Assembly: GCA_044229975.1 (NCBI GenBank)
Contig: JBGARZ010000021.1
Coordinates: 32,001 to 96,000, forward strand
Length of the DNA stretch: 64,000 nt
Source: Polyangiales bacterium
GTDB taxonomy: Bacteria > Myxococcota_A > Polyangia > Polyangiales > Ga0077539
Direction of reading: 5' to 3'
Made by a program: the position numbers and the translations under genes. Numbering within the stretch: position 1 is the first letter of the stretch; each line of letters starts with the position of its first letter. Shown in pieces: positions 9,734 through 22,492 of this stretch. The notes under the pieces are model-generated. The model did no database searches. It was not told the origin of the DNA and worked only from the letters and a program-made list of their open reading frames with translations.

Positions 9734-11128
9734 ATGTCGCGAGTCTCGTTCTTGTTCTTCGTGGTCGGGTTGTCGGCTTGTGTCCCGGAGCTTCGAGTGG
9801 CGCCTCGCGACGCTGCGGAGGACCTGCCAGACAACCAACAACCGATCGACATTGTGTTTGCTGACGACCGCACTGTGACGGTAACTGACGTTCCGCCGTT
9901 GCTAGACATCACGCCGCATGACTCGTTGTTGACGAGCGATCACGTCGGTCCCGACGATGCGGGTGCCGGGATGGACGTATTGGATACTGGAATCACTCCC
10001 GATGTGGTCACTACGGTAGATGTCCCAACGGTACCGGATGTCTCGTTGGATTCCGGGCCGGTAGATGTTGGTTGTTTGGCGTGTTCGCTCCCCAACGCCG
10101 TGGCCATCTGTCGCTCTGGCGCCTGCGGAGTCGATCGGTGTAATGTCGGTTTTGGTGACTGCAATGGTGTCGCGGCCGATGGTTGCGAGGTCGCGCTCGA
10201 TTCTCCTTCCAACTGCGGCGCTTGTGGCTCGTCTTGTGGTTTAGGAGTGTGCTTGTCGCGAACCTGCATCCGACAGCGAAGTTGTCCTGTTGAGTCTGAA
10301 CGCGGTTGCGGCCTGCTCGCGGCACCCGGCGCGAGGTTCGAGATGGGAGCCACCGAAAGTAGCACCGCCGGCATACTCCGAGGCTCCGTCACCGTGTCTG
10401 CGATGGTGACTGACACATACGAGGTGACCGTACGAAGGTTCCGTCGTTTCTGGGAAGCGGGACATCCAACTTCCACAAGCGCGATTCGATATCCGAACGG
10501 TGTCGTGGTCGCGGCTGCTGTTGCTAGTGAGCCTGTGAGCTCGATTAGCGGTATGCAATGCAACTGGACGTTGAGCGAGGCGAGCCGAGAGGATCACCCG
10601 ATCAACTGCGTGGATTGGGCGACAGCGCAATCATTCTGCGCGTGGGACGGTGGACGTCTCCCAACCGAAGCTGAGTGGGAATATCTCTCCCGACATCGGG
10701 AAATCAGCGGCGTTGGCTCACCGCGCCTCTACCCTTGGGGTAACACACCGCCGATAGAGGCCATTCCCGGCTATCCTCGCGCCACTCCCTGTGAACGTGC
10801 GCAGTTCCAAGACTGCCTTGGCGACGACGGCGCCCGAACTCGTCGCGTCGGGAGTTTTCCCGGAACTGGGGGTATTTTTGACCTCGCGGGTAATGTTGTG
10901 GAGTGGGTCGCAGACAATGCTGGGAACTATGGGATCGACCGTTGCTGGACCCCTGTTCCCGTTGATCTTCACGACCCTCTCTGCATAGATGAGGCGAGAG
11001 GGCACTCTCTGCGCGGTGGCAGTTTCCGCGCGGGCGGAATCGAGACGTTGATGTGCGCCTCGCGCGACGCGGCCGCTGCTACCTCCCACGAAGACACTCT
11101 CGGCTTCCGCTGCGTCCGCTCTCCCTGA
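9734..11128 (+). CDS. FGE-sulfatase (SUMF1/EgtB/PvdO-like, C-type lectin fold) domain lipoprotein with one Cys-rich repeat
   Basis: Lipobox LSAC, FEMG, YEVT, HPINCVDW..AQSFCAW.GGRLPTEAEWE, YPWG, DLAGNVVEW, RGGSF, GFRC. Strong AAGGAGGAG ribosome-binding site. Confidence 0.9.
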   Translation: MSRVSFLFFVVGLSACVPELRVAPRDAAEDLPDNQQPIDIVFADDRTVTVTDVPPLLDITPHDSLLTSDHVGPDDAGAGMDVLDTGITPDVVTTVDVPTVPDVSLDSGPVDVGCLACSLPNAVAICRSGACGVDRCNVGFGDCNGVAADGCEVALDSPSNCGACGSSCGLGVCLSRTCIRQRSCPVESERGCGLLAAPGARFEMGATESSTAGILRGSVTVSAMVTDTYEVTVRRFRRFWEAGHPTSTSAIRYPNGVVVAAAVASEPVSSISGMQCNWTLSEASREDHPINCVDWATAQSFCAWDGGRLPTEAEWEYLSRHREISGVGSPRLYPWGNTPPIEAIPGYPRATPCERAQFQDCLGDDGARTRRVGSFPGTGGIFDLAGNVVEWVADNAGNYGIDRCWTPVPVDLHDPLCIDEARGHSLRGGSFRAGGIETLMCASRDAAAATSHEDTLGFRCVRSP

Positions 11129-11147
11129 TCCACACTCACCCACCGCG

Positions 11148-11175
11148 GAGCCCGGCGTTCTCACGAATGCCGGTT
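11148..11175 (+). terminator. Stem-loop after the FGE gene (CCGGCGTTC-TCAC-GAATGCCGG)
   Basis: 9-bp stem with one G-T pair, about 20 nt after the stop. No strong U-tract. Confidence 0.35.
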
Positions 11176-11274
11176 CCTCGATAACACGCTCGCCCTATCA
11201 CGGTTGCCGTCGTCGCCCATGGCGCCCCTGTCGCCCTTTCCCCGCGTCAGCCATCTAGCCCTCTGCGCCCGCGC

Positions 11275-11304
11275 TTGACACCCCGTCCACGCCGCGACTA
11301 GCAC
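11275..11304 (+). promoter_or_regulatory. Putative sigma70 promoter of the ABC operon (TTGACA-18 bp-TAGCAC)
   Basis: Consensus -35 and weak -10, 13 nt before GTG 11318. Confidence 0.35.
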
Positions 11305-11317
11305 CCCCTCCACGCCC

Positions 11318-12286
11318 GTGATCGAGACCCATCAACTCACCCGTCGCTTCGGCGCGCGCACCGCCGTCGAAGCCCTCTCGTTCACCGTCCCCAAGGGGGC
11401 CATCGTGGGCTTCCTCGGGCCCAATGGGGCCGGTAAGAGCACCACCCTCAAGATGCTCTCCGGCTTCCTGCCGCCCACCTCCGGCACCGCGCGCATCGGC
11501 GGCCTCGACGTCGTCAATGACTCCCTCGCCGCCCGCCGACTCATCGGCTACATGCCCGAGAGCGTCCCCCTCCACCCGGAGATGCGCGTCCGCGAGTACC
11601 TTCGCTTTCGCGCCGAAATCAAGGGCGTCACCCGTCAGCGCGACGCCGCCGTCGACCGCGCGCTCGAGCTCGCCGACGTCGCCGACGTCGCCGCCCGCCT
11701 CATCGGTGAGCTCTCCAAGGGCTACAAACAACGCGTCGGGCTCGCCGACGCCCTCGTCGCCAAACCCCCACTCCTCATCCTCGATGAGCCCACCGAGGGC
11801 CTCGACCCCAACCAGATCCAGCGCTTTCGCGACATGCTCAAGCGCCTCGCCGCCGAGCACACCATCCTCCTCTCCACGCACATCATGCAGGAGGTCGAGG
11901 CCGTCTGTGAGCGCGTCATCATCGTTCACAAAGGCCGCATCGCCGCGGACGGTCCGCTCGAAGAAGTCCGCGCCCAGCTCACCGGAGGCGAGCGCGACCT
12001 CGTCCTCAAGCTCCATCCCCGCGAGCACGCCGTCGCCTGGCGCGATGACCCCGCCGCCGCCGCGAAGGCCCTCGTCGAACCCGTCACCGGAGTCTCCTTC
12101 CGAGAAGCCATCATGGACGGTGAGCTCGCCAGCGTGACGGTTCGCACCGCGGACAAAGACGACTCCGTCGAGGCACTCGTCGCGCGCTGCGTGCAGGGTG
12201 GCCTCGGCGTCCGCGCGCTCTCCCCGCGCGGCGGCAGCCTCGAACGAGTCTTTCAAGCGCTCACGGGCGCAGAAGGTGACGCATGA
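11318..12286 (+). CDS. ABC transporter ATP-binding protein (GldA-like)
   Basis: GPNGAGKSTT, LSKGYKQRVGLA, LILDEPTEGLDP, STH. Confidence 0.93.
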   Translation: MIETHQLTRRFGARTAVEALSFTVPKGAIVGFLGPNGAGKSTTLKMLSGFLPPTSGTARIGGLDVVNDSLAARRLIGYMPESVPLHPEMRVREYLRFRAEIKGVTRQRDAAVDRALELADVADVAARLIGELSKGYKQRVGLADALVAKPPLLILDEPTEGLDPNQIQRFRDMLKRLAAEHTILLSTHIMQEVEAVCERVIIVHKGRIAADGPLEEVRAQLTGGERDLVLKLHPREHAVAWRDDPAAAAKALVEPVTGVSFREAIMDGELASVTVRTADKDDSVEALVARCVQGGLGVRALSPRGGSLERVFQALTGAEGDA

Positions 12287-13032
12287 GGACGGCGTGGGCG
12301 ATCTACAAGCGTGAGCTCATCGGCGTGTTCTGCTCGCCGCTGGCCTATGTCGTGATGGTGGCGTTTCTGCTCTTCAATGGAGTGCTGTTCTGGTTCTTCA
12401 TGCGAATGACGGCGGATAATCCCGCCCTCACCGGGGCGCGGTCGCCGCTCCAGATGTTCTTCGGGGCCACCATTCTCTCCATCCTGACCCTGCTGGTGTT
12501 TAGCCCCGCCACCACCATGCGCACCTTCGCCGAAGAGCGCCGCGCCCGAACCTTCGAGACCCTCTTCACCGCGCCCGTCACCGACCTCTCCGTCGTCGTC
12601 GGCAAGTACCTCGGCGCCATGACCTTCTACGCCTCGCTCTGGGCGCCCACCGCCCTCTACGCCCTCGTCGTGCGGCGCTACGGCTCCGTCGACTGGGGCG
12701 CCCTCGCGGCGGGCTACACCGGCATGCTCCTCATCGGCTCGGCCTTCGTCGCGCTCGGCATCCTCATGTCCGCCCTCGCGCGCTCGCAGGTCGTCGCGTA
12801 CATGCTGACCTTCCTCGCCATCGGGGGAGTGATGTTTTCCCTCGGACTCGGGTCGTACATCTTTCAAGAAGAGTCGACGCGGCAGTTCTTCTCCTACGTG
12901 AACCTCTGGGAGCACATGGAGCACTTCTCCGTTGGCCTCATCGACTCGCGCGCGCTCGTCTATTACGGCTCCATCGCCGTCGGCGCCCTGGCCCTCGCGA
13001 CGCGAACCCTCTCCGTGCGGAGGGAGTCATGA
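12283..13032 (+). CDS. ABC-2 type permease (GldF-like)
   Basis: F.SPLAYVV, TMRTFAEERR..TFETLFTAPV, VVGKYLG. Six hydrophobic segments. ATGA overlap. Confidence 0.9.
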   Translation: MRTAWAIYKRELIGVFCSPLAYVVMVAFLLFNGVLFWFFMRMTADNPALTGARSPLQMFFGATILSILTLLVFSPATTMRTFAEERRARTFETLFTAPVTDLSVVVGKYLGAMTFYASLWAPTALYALVVRRYGSVDWGALAAGYTGMLLIGSAFVALGILMSALARSQVVAYMLTFLAIGGVMFSLGLGSYIFQEESTRQFFSYVNLWEHMEHFSVGLIDSRALVYYGSIAVGALALATRTLSVRRES

Positions 13033-14603
13033 GCGAGCCCACGCCGACGACCGAGATCGCACCCGAGTCGACGCCCGACACCGCGCCACCCGCGTGGCTC
13101 GACCGCCTCATGAACGGCCCCGTCTGGGTGCTGCTCGTCGTCGCCCTCTTCACGCTCGTCAACTACACCGCCTCGCGCCACTACCGCCGCTGGGACTGGA
13201 CCTCCGCGCAGCGCTTCACGCTCTCCCCGCGCTCGACCCAGATCGCCCGCGGCCTGCGCGAACCCGTCGACCTCTACGTGCTGCTCGCCGGCCGTGACCC
13301 GCTCTTCGCCGAGACCCGCGAGCTCGCCGAGCGCTACGCCGCCGCGTCGTCGCGGGTGCGCCTCCACCTCATCGATCCTGACCGGCAGCGCGAGGAGTAC
13401 ATCCGCCTCGCCGACCAGCTCGGCCTCGCCCAACCCGACCGCACCGAAGACGGGCGCACCATCGCGACCGCGGGCATCGTGGTGAGTCGCGGCACCCGTC
13501 ACTGGGAGGTCGAGCGAACCCAGTTGCAGGAGCTCGGACCGGCGCCCACCAGCGACGAAGGCAACGAAGGATCGCGGCTGCTCAACGCCAAGATCACCGT
13601 CGAGCGGCGCATCTCGGAAGGTCTCCTCCAGGTCGACCGCGAGCGCGTGACGAAGCTGTGCTTCTCCACGGGCCACGCCGAGATGCCCATCGTGGCGGGT
13701 GAGCGCGCCTCGGCGGGCCTCGCCGACGACCTGCGGCACCTCAACTTCGAGGTGACCGAGTCGGAGGTGCGCGGGCAGACGGGCGTTCCGTCGGACTGCG
13801 ATGCGCTGGTGATCGCCGGCCCGCAGCGGGCGTGGTCGCGCGAGGACGCCGACGCCGTGGTGCGCTACCTGCGCGCGGGCGGCAACCTCGTGCTCTTCGT
13901 CGACCCGGTGTTGTTGGAGGGACGAGTGGTTCCGACGGGCCTGGAGGACGTGGTCGCGATGGCGGGCATGGGGTTGCCTGCGGCCATCGTGGTGGAGGGC
14001 GATCAGCAGCACCTGCTGCCCGACGCGCTCCCCGTGCACTTCCGCGCCGACACCTGGAACGAACACGACATCACCACCAACCTCCGCGGCGCCTCGGTGC
14101 TGGTGAGCATGGCGCGGCCCGTGGTGCGCGCCGAGGGGGCGACCGCCGCGACGTCGCTGGTGCTGTCGACCCCAGCGGCGTGGGGCGAGACGGGCATCGC
14201 CGACCTCATGCGCAACCACGCGCCGGCGAAGGGCGCCGACGACGTGCAGGGCCCCGTGTCGCTGGCGATGGCCGGGATGGTGGCCGACGGTCGCTCGCGC
14301 GGCGAGGGCGTGGCGTCGGGTCGCGTCGTCGTCGTGGGCAGCTCGGAGATGGTGGGCCCCGACTACTTCAACCTCCGCGTGCGCTCGTCGGTGGCCAACG
14401 CCAACCTCGCCGAGGCCGCCATCGGGTGGGCCACCGCGCGTCGTGAACTCGTGAACATCCCAGGTCGCCCCGTCGACCGCGCGGCGCTGCTCGTGAGCCC
14501 CAATGACCTCACCAAGATCGGCATCTACGTGATGTTGTTGATCCCGCTGGCGGCGGGGCTCGTCGGGCTCGCGGTCTCCCGCGCGCGAAAGAACGCCGCG
14601 TGA
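13029..14603 (+). CDS. GldG family / ABC auxiliary component
   Basis: RWDWT..QRFTLS..S, F.TGHAE, DALVIAGP, YLRAGGNLVLFVDP, GRVVVVGS, N- and C-terminal TM helices. Confidence 0.88.
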   Translation: MSEPTPTTEIAPESTPDTAPPAWLDRLMNGPVWVLLVVALFTLVNYTASRHYRRWDWTSAQRFTLSPRSTQIARGLREPVDLYVLLAGRDPLFAETRELAERYAAASSRVRLHLIDPDRQREEYIRLADQLGLAQPDRTEDGRTIATAGIVVSRGTRHWEVERTQLQELGPAPTSDEGNEGSRLLNAKITVERRISEGLLQVDRERVTKLCFSTGHAEMPIVAGERASAGLADDLRHLNFEVTESEVRGQTGVPSDCDALVIAGPQRAWSREDADAVVRYLRAGGNLVLFVDPVLLEGRVVPTGLEDVVAMAGMGLPAAIVVEGDQQHLLPDALPVHFRADTWNEHDITTNLRGASVLVSMARPVVRAEGATAATSLVLSTPAAWGETGIADLMRNHAPAKGADDVQGPVSLAMAGMVADGRSRGEGVASGRVVVVGSSEMVGPDYFNLRVRSSVANANLAEAAIGWATARRELVNIPGRPVDRAALLVSPNDLTKIGIYVMLLIPLAAGLVGLAVSRARKNAA

Positions 14604-16816
14604 AGCGCTACCGCACCCATCTCATTCTCGCCGTGATCGTCGGCGGCCTGTCGGGCTTCCTGGTCTGGGACCGTCAACGGGCCAGCACCGGCGACCTGGA
14701 GTCGCGGCACCGCAACGTGTGGCGGGCCTTCCATCGCGAGCGGGTCGACCGCATCGAGGTGGCGCACACCAGCGGTCGCTACGAGCTCACCCGCCGCGCC
14801 CAGGCATGGACCATCCGCAGCGGCAACATGGCGCGGCCCGCCGACGCGGTGGAGGTCGAGCGCGTGCTCTCGGAGATCGAAGGAGCCGAGGCCAACCGCT
14901 CGCTCGGTCCGCTCGATGGGGCGGCGCGTCGGCGCTTCGGGCTGGAGCCGGGGCACACGCAGGTGGTGGTGCACGAGGGCTCGGAGGTGACGGCGCGCTT
15001 CGCGCTCGGCGGCGCCGTGGAGCGCGAAGACCGGGTGTACGTCGCGGCCAGCGCCCAGGACGGCGGGCGCGACAGCGCGGTGACCGGCGTGGTGCTGGGC
15101 AAGGCCTTTGGTGACCTCTTCGACCGCATGGCGACGGCGTACCGCGACCGCTCGGTGGCCGACGTGGAGCCCTCGCGGCTCGATCGCATCACGCTCACCC
15201 ACGAGACGCGTCGGGTGGTGCTCGATCGCACGGGCGGCGTGTGGCGGCTCAACGAGCCCGCGTGGGGCCGAGCGTCGCGCGGGTCGGTCGAGGCGATGAC
15301 GTCGCAGCTCCGCGAGCTGCGGGCCGAGCGGGTGATCGCGGATGACCCCGACGCCGCGGCGCTGCTGCGCTACGGGCTGGAGCCGGCGGTGACGCGGGTC
15401 GAGCTGCGTCGCGGCAACATCGAGCCGGTGGTGCTGCGCCTCGGTGAGCCGTGCCCCGGGCACGACGGCGAGGTGACCGCGATGCGCGAGGGCACGGGCA
15501 CGGTGGTGTGCTTCCCGAGGACGTTCGCGGATGCGTTCAGGGTGCCGCCCGATGGGCTGCGTGATGACCGGGTGCTGGCGGCGCGCACCGACGAGGTGTC
15601 GCGCGTGCGGGTGTCGGGCGGGGCGCCGGGCGGCGGTGAGCTGGTGCTGGAGCGAACGGGCTCGCAGTGGCGCTCGACGACCGCGGGGGTGACGGTCGAC
15701 CCGGAGGCCATCGAGTCGTGGCTGACGACGCTGCACGACCTCGCGTCGGCGCAGCGCATCGACGGCGACGTGCGGGCGGCGCACGGCATCGGGGCGACGT
15801 CGCGCACCATCACGGTCGAGCGCGAGGGCGTCGAAGGCAGCGAGCGCATCGTGATCGGGACGCCCGACGCGACGGGCTTCTACGTGAGCCGCGACGACGA
15901 GAGCGTGGTGCTGCGCTTCGCGGCGTCGGCGGCGGAGACGCTGCTCGTGGACGCGCTGCGGTTTCGCCCGCGGGCGCTGGTGCACGACACGGCCGACGAC
16001 CTGCGCGCCGTGCTGGTGGACGTCGGGGCGATGCACGAGGAGATCGTTCGGGGGGAGGAGGGCTTCCGCCTGGCGCGGCCGCAGACGGGGAGGGCCGACC
16101 CGGCGCTGGTGACCGACCTCGGTCGGCAGATCGCGACGCTGGAGGTGGAGCGCTGGGTCTCGGTGACGCCGCGGCCCGAGCACGGGCTGACGACGCCGCG
16201 GGCGAGGGTGGTGGCGCGCTACGAGGGGCGCGGTCCGGCGAGCGACGGCGGGGTCGACGCGTCGGTGGCCGCGGTGCGCACCTACGGGTTGAGCATCGGC
16301 GCCGAGGCGACGGGCGGCGGGAGCTACGCGACGCTCGACGGGGGCCCAGGGGTCTTCGTGATGCCGCGGGCGCTGGTGGAGCTGGTGACGCAGCCGCACC
16401 TCGACCACGCGGCGACCCTCATCGCGCGCGACGGGTTGCAGCGGCTGGTGCTGCGCTTCACCGGGCCTGCGCGGGTCGTGACGGTGGTGCGCGACGGCGA
16501 GCGCTGGCGTACCGAGAGCGGGGCGCCGGCGGACACGGCGCGGGTCGACGCGCTGCTGGAGACGCTGGGCGCGATGGGGTCGCCGCGGGCCTTCGCGTAC
16601 GGGCCACCGGGCCCGGAGATGGGCTTCGTGTTTCCCACGGTGGTGATCGAGGCGACGTACGGCGGCGACGCGGGCGCGCGCTCGGTGCGCCAGATGGTCG
16701 GAGCGCGGTACGGGAGCGGCGAGGGCGCGGGGTTCTACGTGCGGCGCGACGGGCTCGACGCGACGCTGTCGTGGCCCGAGGCGGTGGTGGACTCGCTGCG
16801 GGGGTTCAGTCCGTAG
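14600..16816 (+). CDS. Multi-repeat DUF4340-like protein
   Basis: N-terminal anchor and repeated W...ADxxxV..L..L...(Y/F/H)GL..P units. Occupies the usual fourth position in gldAFG-like operons. Confidence 0.8.
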   Translation: MKRYRTHLILAVIVGGLSGFLVWDRQRASTGDLESRHRNVWRAFHRERVDRIEVAHTSGRYELTRRAQAWTIRSGNMARPADAVEVERVLSEIEGAEANRSLGPLDGAARRRFGLEPGHTQVVVHEGSEVTARFALGGAVEREDRVYVAASAQDGGRDSAVTGVVLGKAFGDLFDRMATAYRDRSVADVEPSRLDRITLTHETRRVVLDRTGGVWRLNEPAWGRASRGSVEAMTSQLRELRAERVIADDPDAAALLRYGLEPAVTRVELRRGNIEPVVLRLGEPCPGHDGEVTAMREGTGTVVCFPRTFADAFRVPPDGLRDDRVLAARTDEVSRVRVSGGAPGGGELVLERTGSQWRSTTAGVTVDPEAIESWLTTLHDLASAQRIDGDVRAAHGIGATSRTITVEREGVEGSERIVIGTPDATGFYVSRDDESVVLRFAASAAETLLVDALRFRPRALVHDTADDLRAVLVDVGAMHEEIVRGEEGFRLARPQTGRADPALVTDLGRQIATLEVERWVSVTPRPEHGLTTPRARVVARYEGRGPASDGGVDASVAAVRTYGLSIGAEATGGGSYATLDGGPGVFVMPRALVELVTQPHLDHAATLIARDGLQRLVLRFTGPARVVTVVRDGERWRTESGAPADTARVDALLETLGAMGSPRAFAYGPPGPEMGFVFPTVVIEATYGGDAGARSVRQMVGARYGSGEGAGFYVRRDGLDATLSWPEAVVDSLRGFSP

Positions 16817-16828
16817 TCGCCGCGCGCA

Positions 16829-17917
16829 TCACCGACCACCCACTCCAACCACCCGCGCCACATACCTTCCCAGCACCCGGTTGCCATCGCCCCGGTAGTG
16901 CAGCGCGTCGCCCGGCAGCCGCAGCGCCTCGGGCCGCGTGCTCGCCCGCCACTCGTCGAGCGGATCATGCACCGTGAACCCCGCTGCCCGCCCCGCCGCG
17001 GCCACCAGCGCGTGCGCCGCCTGCCAATGGTAGTGCGACCAATCCCGCAGCACCGGCGAGATCACCAGGTGCCCCGTCGCCCCGTCCGCCCTTACCGCGT
17101 CGCCCAGCGCCCGCAGTCCTTCCGCGACGCGCGCCACCCGATCGGGCAGCGCATACATCACCGTGTATTCGTCGCGGTAGTCCGCGCTCCTCTGGTGCCT
17201 CTGTACTCGCCACGCCGACCGCGCCCGCGCCACCCATCGCAGCGACGCGCCCTCCTCCTCGCGCTGCCCCAACCCTTCGAGCGTCTCCGCTCGCACCGGC
17301 GCCACCCGATCGAAGAACGCGTCCTGCTCATCCTTCCGCCGCATCTCCTCCGGCGTCGCGTACCGGTTGAAGGGCCCGCTCATGATCATCACGTCGTTGA
17401 TGCAGTAGACGACCACCACCACCGTCGGCCGAAACCGCCGCACCGCGCGCACATACCAGAGCGCCTCTTGCGCGGTGTCGTACCCGCTGACGCCGAAGTT
17501 CAGCACCTCCGCGCGACCGCCCGACGCTGCCTCGATGTGTCTCGGGAGCGTGTCCGCCAGCGCGATCTCTTCGCCCCACACCACCGAGTCACCGACCACC
17601 GCCACGCGCGTTCGCCCGTCGCCCCGCTCGTCGTGCTCGCGGTCGTCGCGCATCCCCGCCGCGTTGAAGCCCGCCACCCCGTACGGCATCAACACCGACG
17701 CTCCTCGATGCGGCTCGTAGATGAGCCGGGCGTCGTCCGAGCGCTGGTAGATGGTGGCGTTCATTCGCGAGATGCGTTGCCGCCATGGACGGTCGCCGTC
17801 GGAGGTGTGCCCGCTCCCGCGCGAGTACACCCGGTACACGACCTCCCCTCCCAGCACGGCGACCACCGTGCCCACTGCGAGCAGCCCCAGCCGCACCCCC
17901 ACCGCTCGCCTCGTCAT
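16829..17917 (-). CDS. SGNH/GDSL hydrolase family protein, membrane-anchored
   Basis: VVGDSVVWG, NFGVSGY, CIND, GDALHY motifs. Confidence 0.85.
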   Translation of the reverse strand: MTRRAVGVRLGLLAVGTVVAVLGGEVVYRVYSRGSGHTSDGDRPWRQRISRMNATIYQRSDDARLIYEPHRGASVLMPYGVAGFNAAGMRDDREHDERGDGRTRVAVVGDSVVWGEEIALADTLPRHIEAASGGRAEVLNFGVSGYDTAQEALWYVRAVRRFRPTVVVVVYCINDVMIMSGPFNRYATPEEMRRKDEQDAFFDRVAPVRAETLEGLGQREEEGASLRWVARARSAWRVQRHQRSADYRDEYTVMYALPDRVARVAEGLRALGDAVRADGATGHLVISPVLRDWSHYHWQAAHALVAAAGRAAGFTVHDPLDEWRASTRPEALRLPGDALHYRGDGNRVLGRYVARVVGVGGR

Positions 17918-17990
17918 CGCGGGCGAAGCCTATCCCACCGCCTCCGCCTTGCGTCCCTGTTGCCGTTGCGGTGGTACGCTCCGCCCCACC

Positions 17991-18860
17991 ATGGAACCCG
18001 CCGCCGCCGTGTTGTTGTTCCCCCTGTTCATCCTCTTCGTGATGGCCATGCGGTCCATCCGACAGGTCAACCAGTGGCAGGTGGCGCTGCGCTTCACCCT
18101 CGGCAAATTCACCGGCCGCATCGAGCCGGGCATCACGTTGTTGATGCCGTTCTTGCAGCAGATGGTGCTCATCGACACCCGCATCCGAAACCGCGACCTC
18201 CCCGCGCAGATGGTCATCACCCGGGACAACGTCTCCGCGATGATCGACGCGGTCGTCTACTACAAGGTCGTCGACCCCGAGAAGGCCACGCTCAACGTCG
18301 AAAACTACGAGACCGCCGTGCGCGACCGCGCCAAGGTGGTACTCCGCGACATCGCCGGAGAGACCACCCTCGACGAGCTGCTCCAGCACCGCGAAGAGAT
18401 CGCCGCCAAGGTGCGCCTCGCCGTCGAGGAGTTCGTCGCGCAGTGGGGCCTGCACGTCGAGCTCATCGCGATTCAAGACATCCAGCTCCCGCAGATGATG
18501 CAGGAGGTCATCGCGAAGAAGGCCATCGCCGAGCGCGAGCGGCAGTTCGTCATCATCAAGTCGCAGGCCGACGTCGAGAGCGCCAAGAACTTCGCCGAGG
18601 CCGCCCGCATCCTCACCGAGTCCCCCGGCGCCATGGAACTCCGTCGCCTCGAAGCCCTCCAGACCCTGACGGGCACCGGCGTCAGCAAGGTCATCTTCGA
18701 CCTCGCGCGCCCCACCGAGACGCACCCCGCCGCGATGGCCGCTGCGATGGCCGACGACCGCACCAACGTCCGCGTCGCCCCCGGCACCGAAGCCCCCGTC
18801 CAGACCGCCCGCGAAGAGATGGCCGCCGCCTCCGCCGCCATGCACCGTGCCTCGCGCTGA
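17991..18860 (+). CDS. SPFH domain (stomatin/slipin) protein
   Basis: Q.VITRDNVS..IDAVVYYKVVDP.KA..NVENY, LDELL, AERER, AMELRRLE.L. Confidence 0.93.
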   Translation: MEPAAAVLLFPLFILFVMAMRSIRQVNQWQVALRFTLGKFTGRIEPGITLLMPFLQQMVLIDTRIRNRDLPAQMVITRDNVSAMIDAVVYYKVVDPEKATLNVENYETAVRDRAKVVLRDIAGETTLDELLQHREEIAAKVRLAVEEFVAQWGLHVELIAIQDIQLPQMMQEVIAKKAIAERERQFVIIKSQADVESAKNFAEAARILTESPGAMELRRLEALQTLTGTGVSKVIFDLARPTETHPAAMAAAMADDRTNVRVAPGTEAPVQTAREEMAAASAAMHRASR

Positions 18861-19366
18861 TCATCCCGACGGCGACGCCCTCCGCCACGCCGCCGTCGCC
18901 GCCGCGCCCGACCCTCGCCTCCGTTCGATGCTCGCCACCGCGACCGTCACCGTCGCCCCCGAAAACCAGCCCTGGGCCGCCAGCCATGGGTCCGTCCAGG
19001 GCTACGCCGTCGCCGTCGCGCTCTGCGCCGAAGACCTCGCCGCCGTCGACACCTCGCACTCCCTCCGCGACCAGTTGGTGCGCGCCTTCGCGGCCGCCGT
19101 CGCCGCGTCCCGTCACCACTCGCTGAGCTCCGTCGTCACGCGCTGGAACCGTCGCGTCCGCGCGGACACCGCGACCTACCGCGACGCGGCCGTCGACTCG
19201 ACCGAGGTCACCCTCGCCGAGGGCCTCCGGTGCTACCTCGCCGCCGACGCGGGCTCCCTCGCCGCCCACGAAGACGGAGCGACCGTGACCGTGCGCGCTC
19301 CCTCCATCGACCGCCGCGCGCGGCCGAAGGTCGAAGCCGCGCTGCGCTCGATGCTGGGGCCGAAGG

Positions 19367-19386
<20 letters not shown>
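18847..19386 (+). CDS. Hypothetical protein
   Basis: Host-like codon usage; overlaps the end of the stomatin gene. Confidence 0.6.
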
Positions 19387-22447
<3,061 letters not shown>

Positions 22448-22492
22448 GCGCGCGCCGGGGACGGGCGCGGCGACTCTACCACCGCCGTCGCG

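Noticed and set aside
9734..11200. Diversity-generating retroelement targeting the FGE/CLec C-terminus
   Set aside because: The fold and downstream hairpin are DGR-compatible, but I saw no second copy (template repeat) of the 3' region and no reverse transcriptase or avd gene in the window. A trans-acting DGR cannot be excluded.
11318..16816. Bacteroidetes-type gliding machinery
   Set aside because: GldAFG-like ABC operons with DUF4340 are widespread outside gliding Bacteroidetes, and no other gld or spr genes are present.
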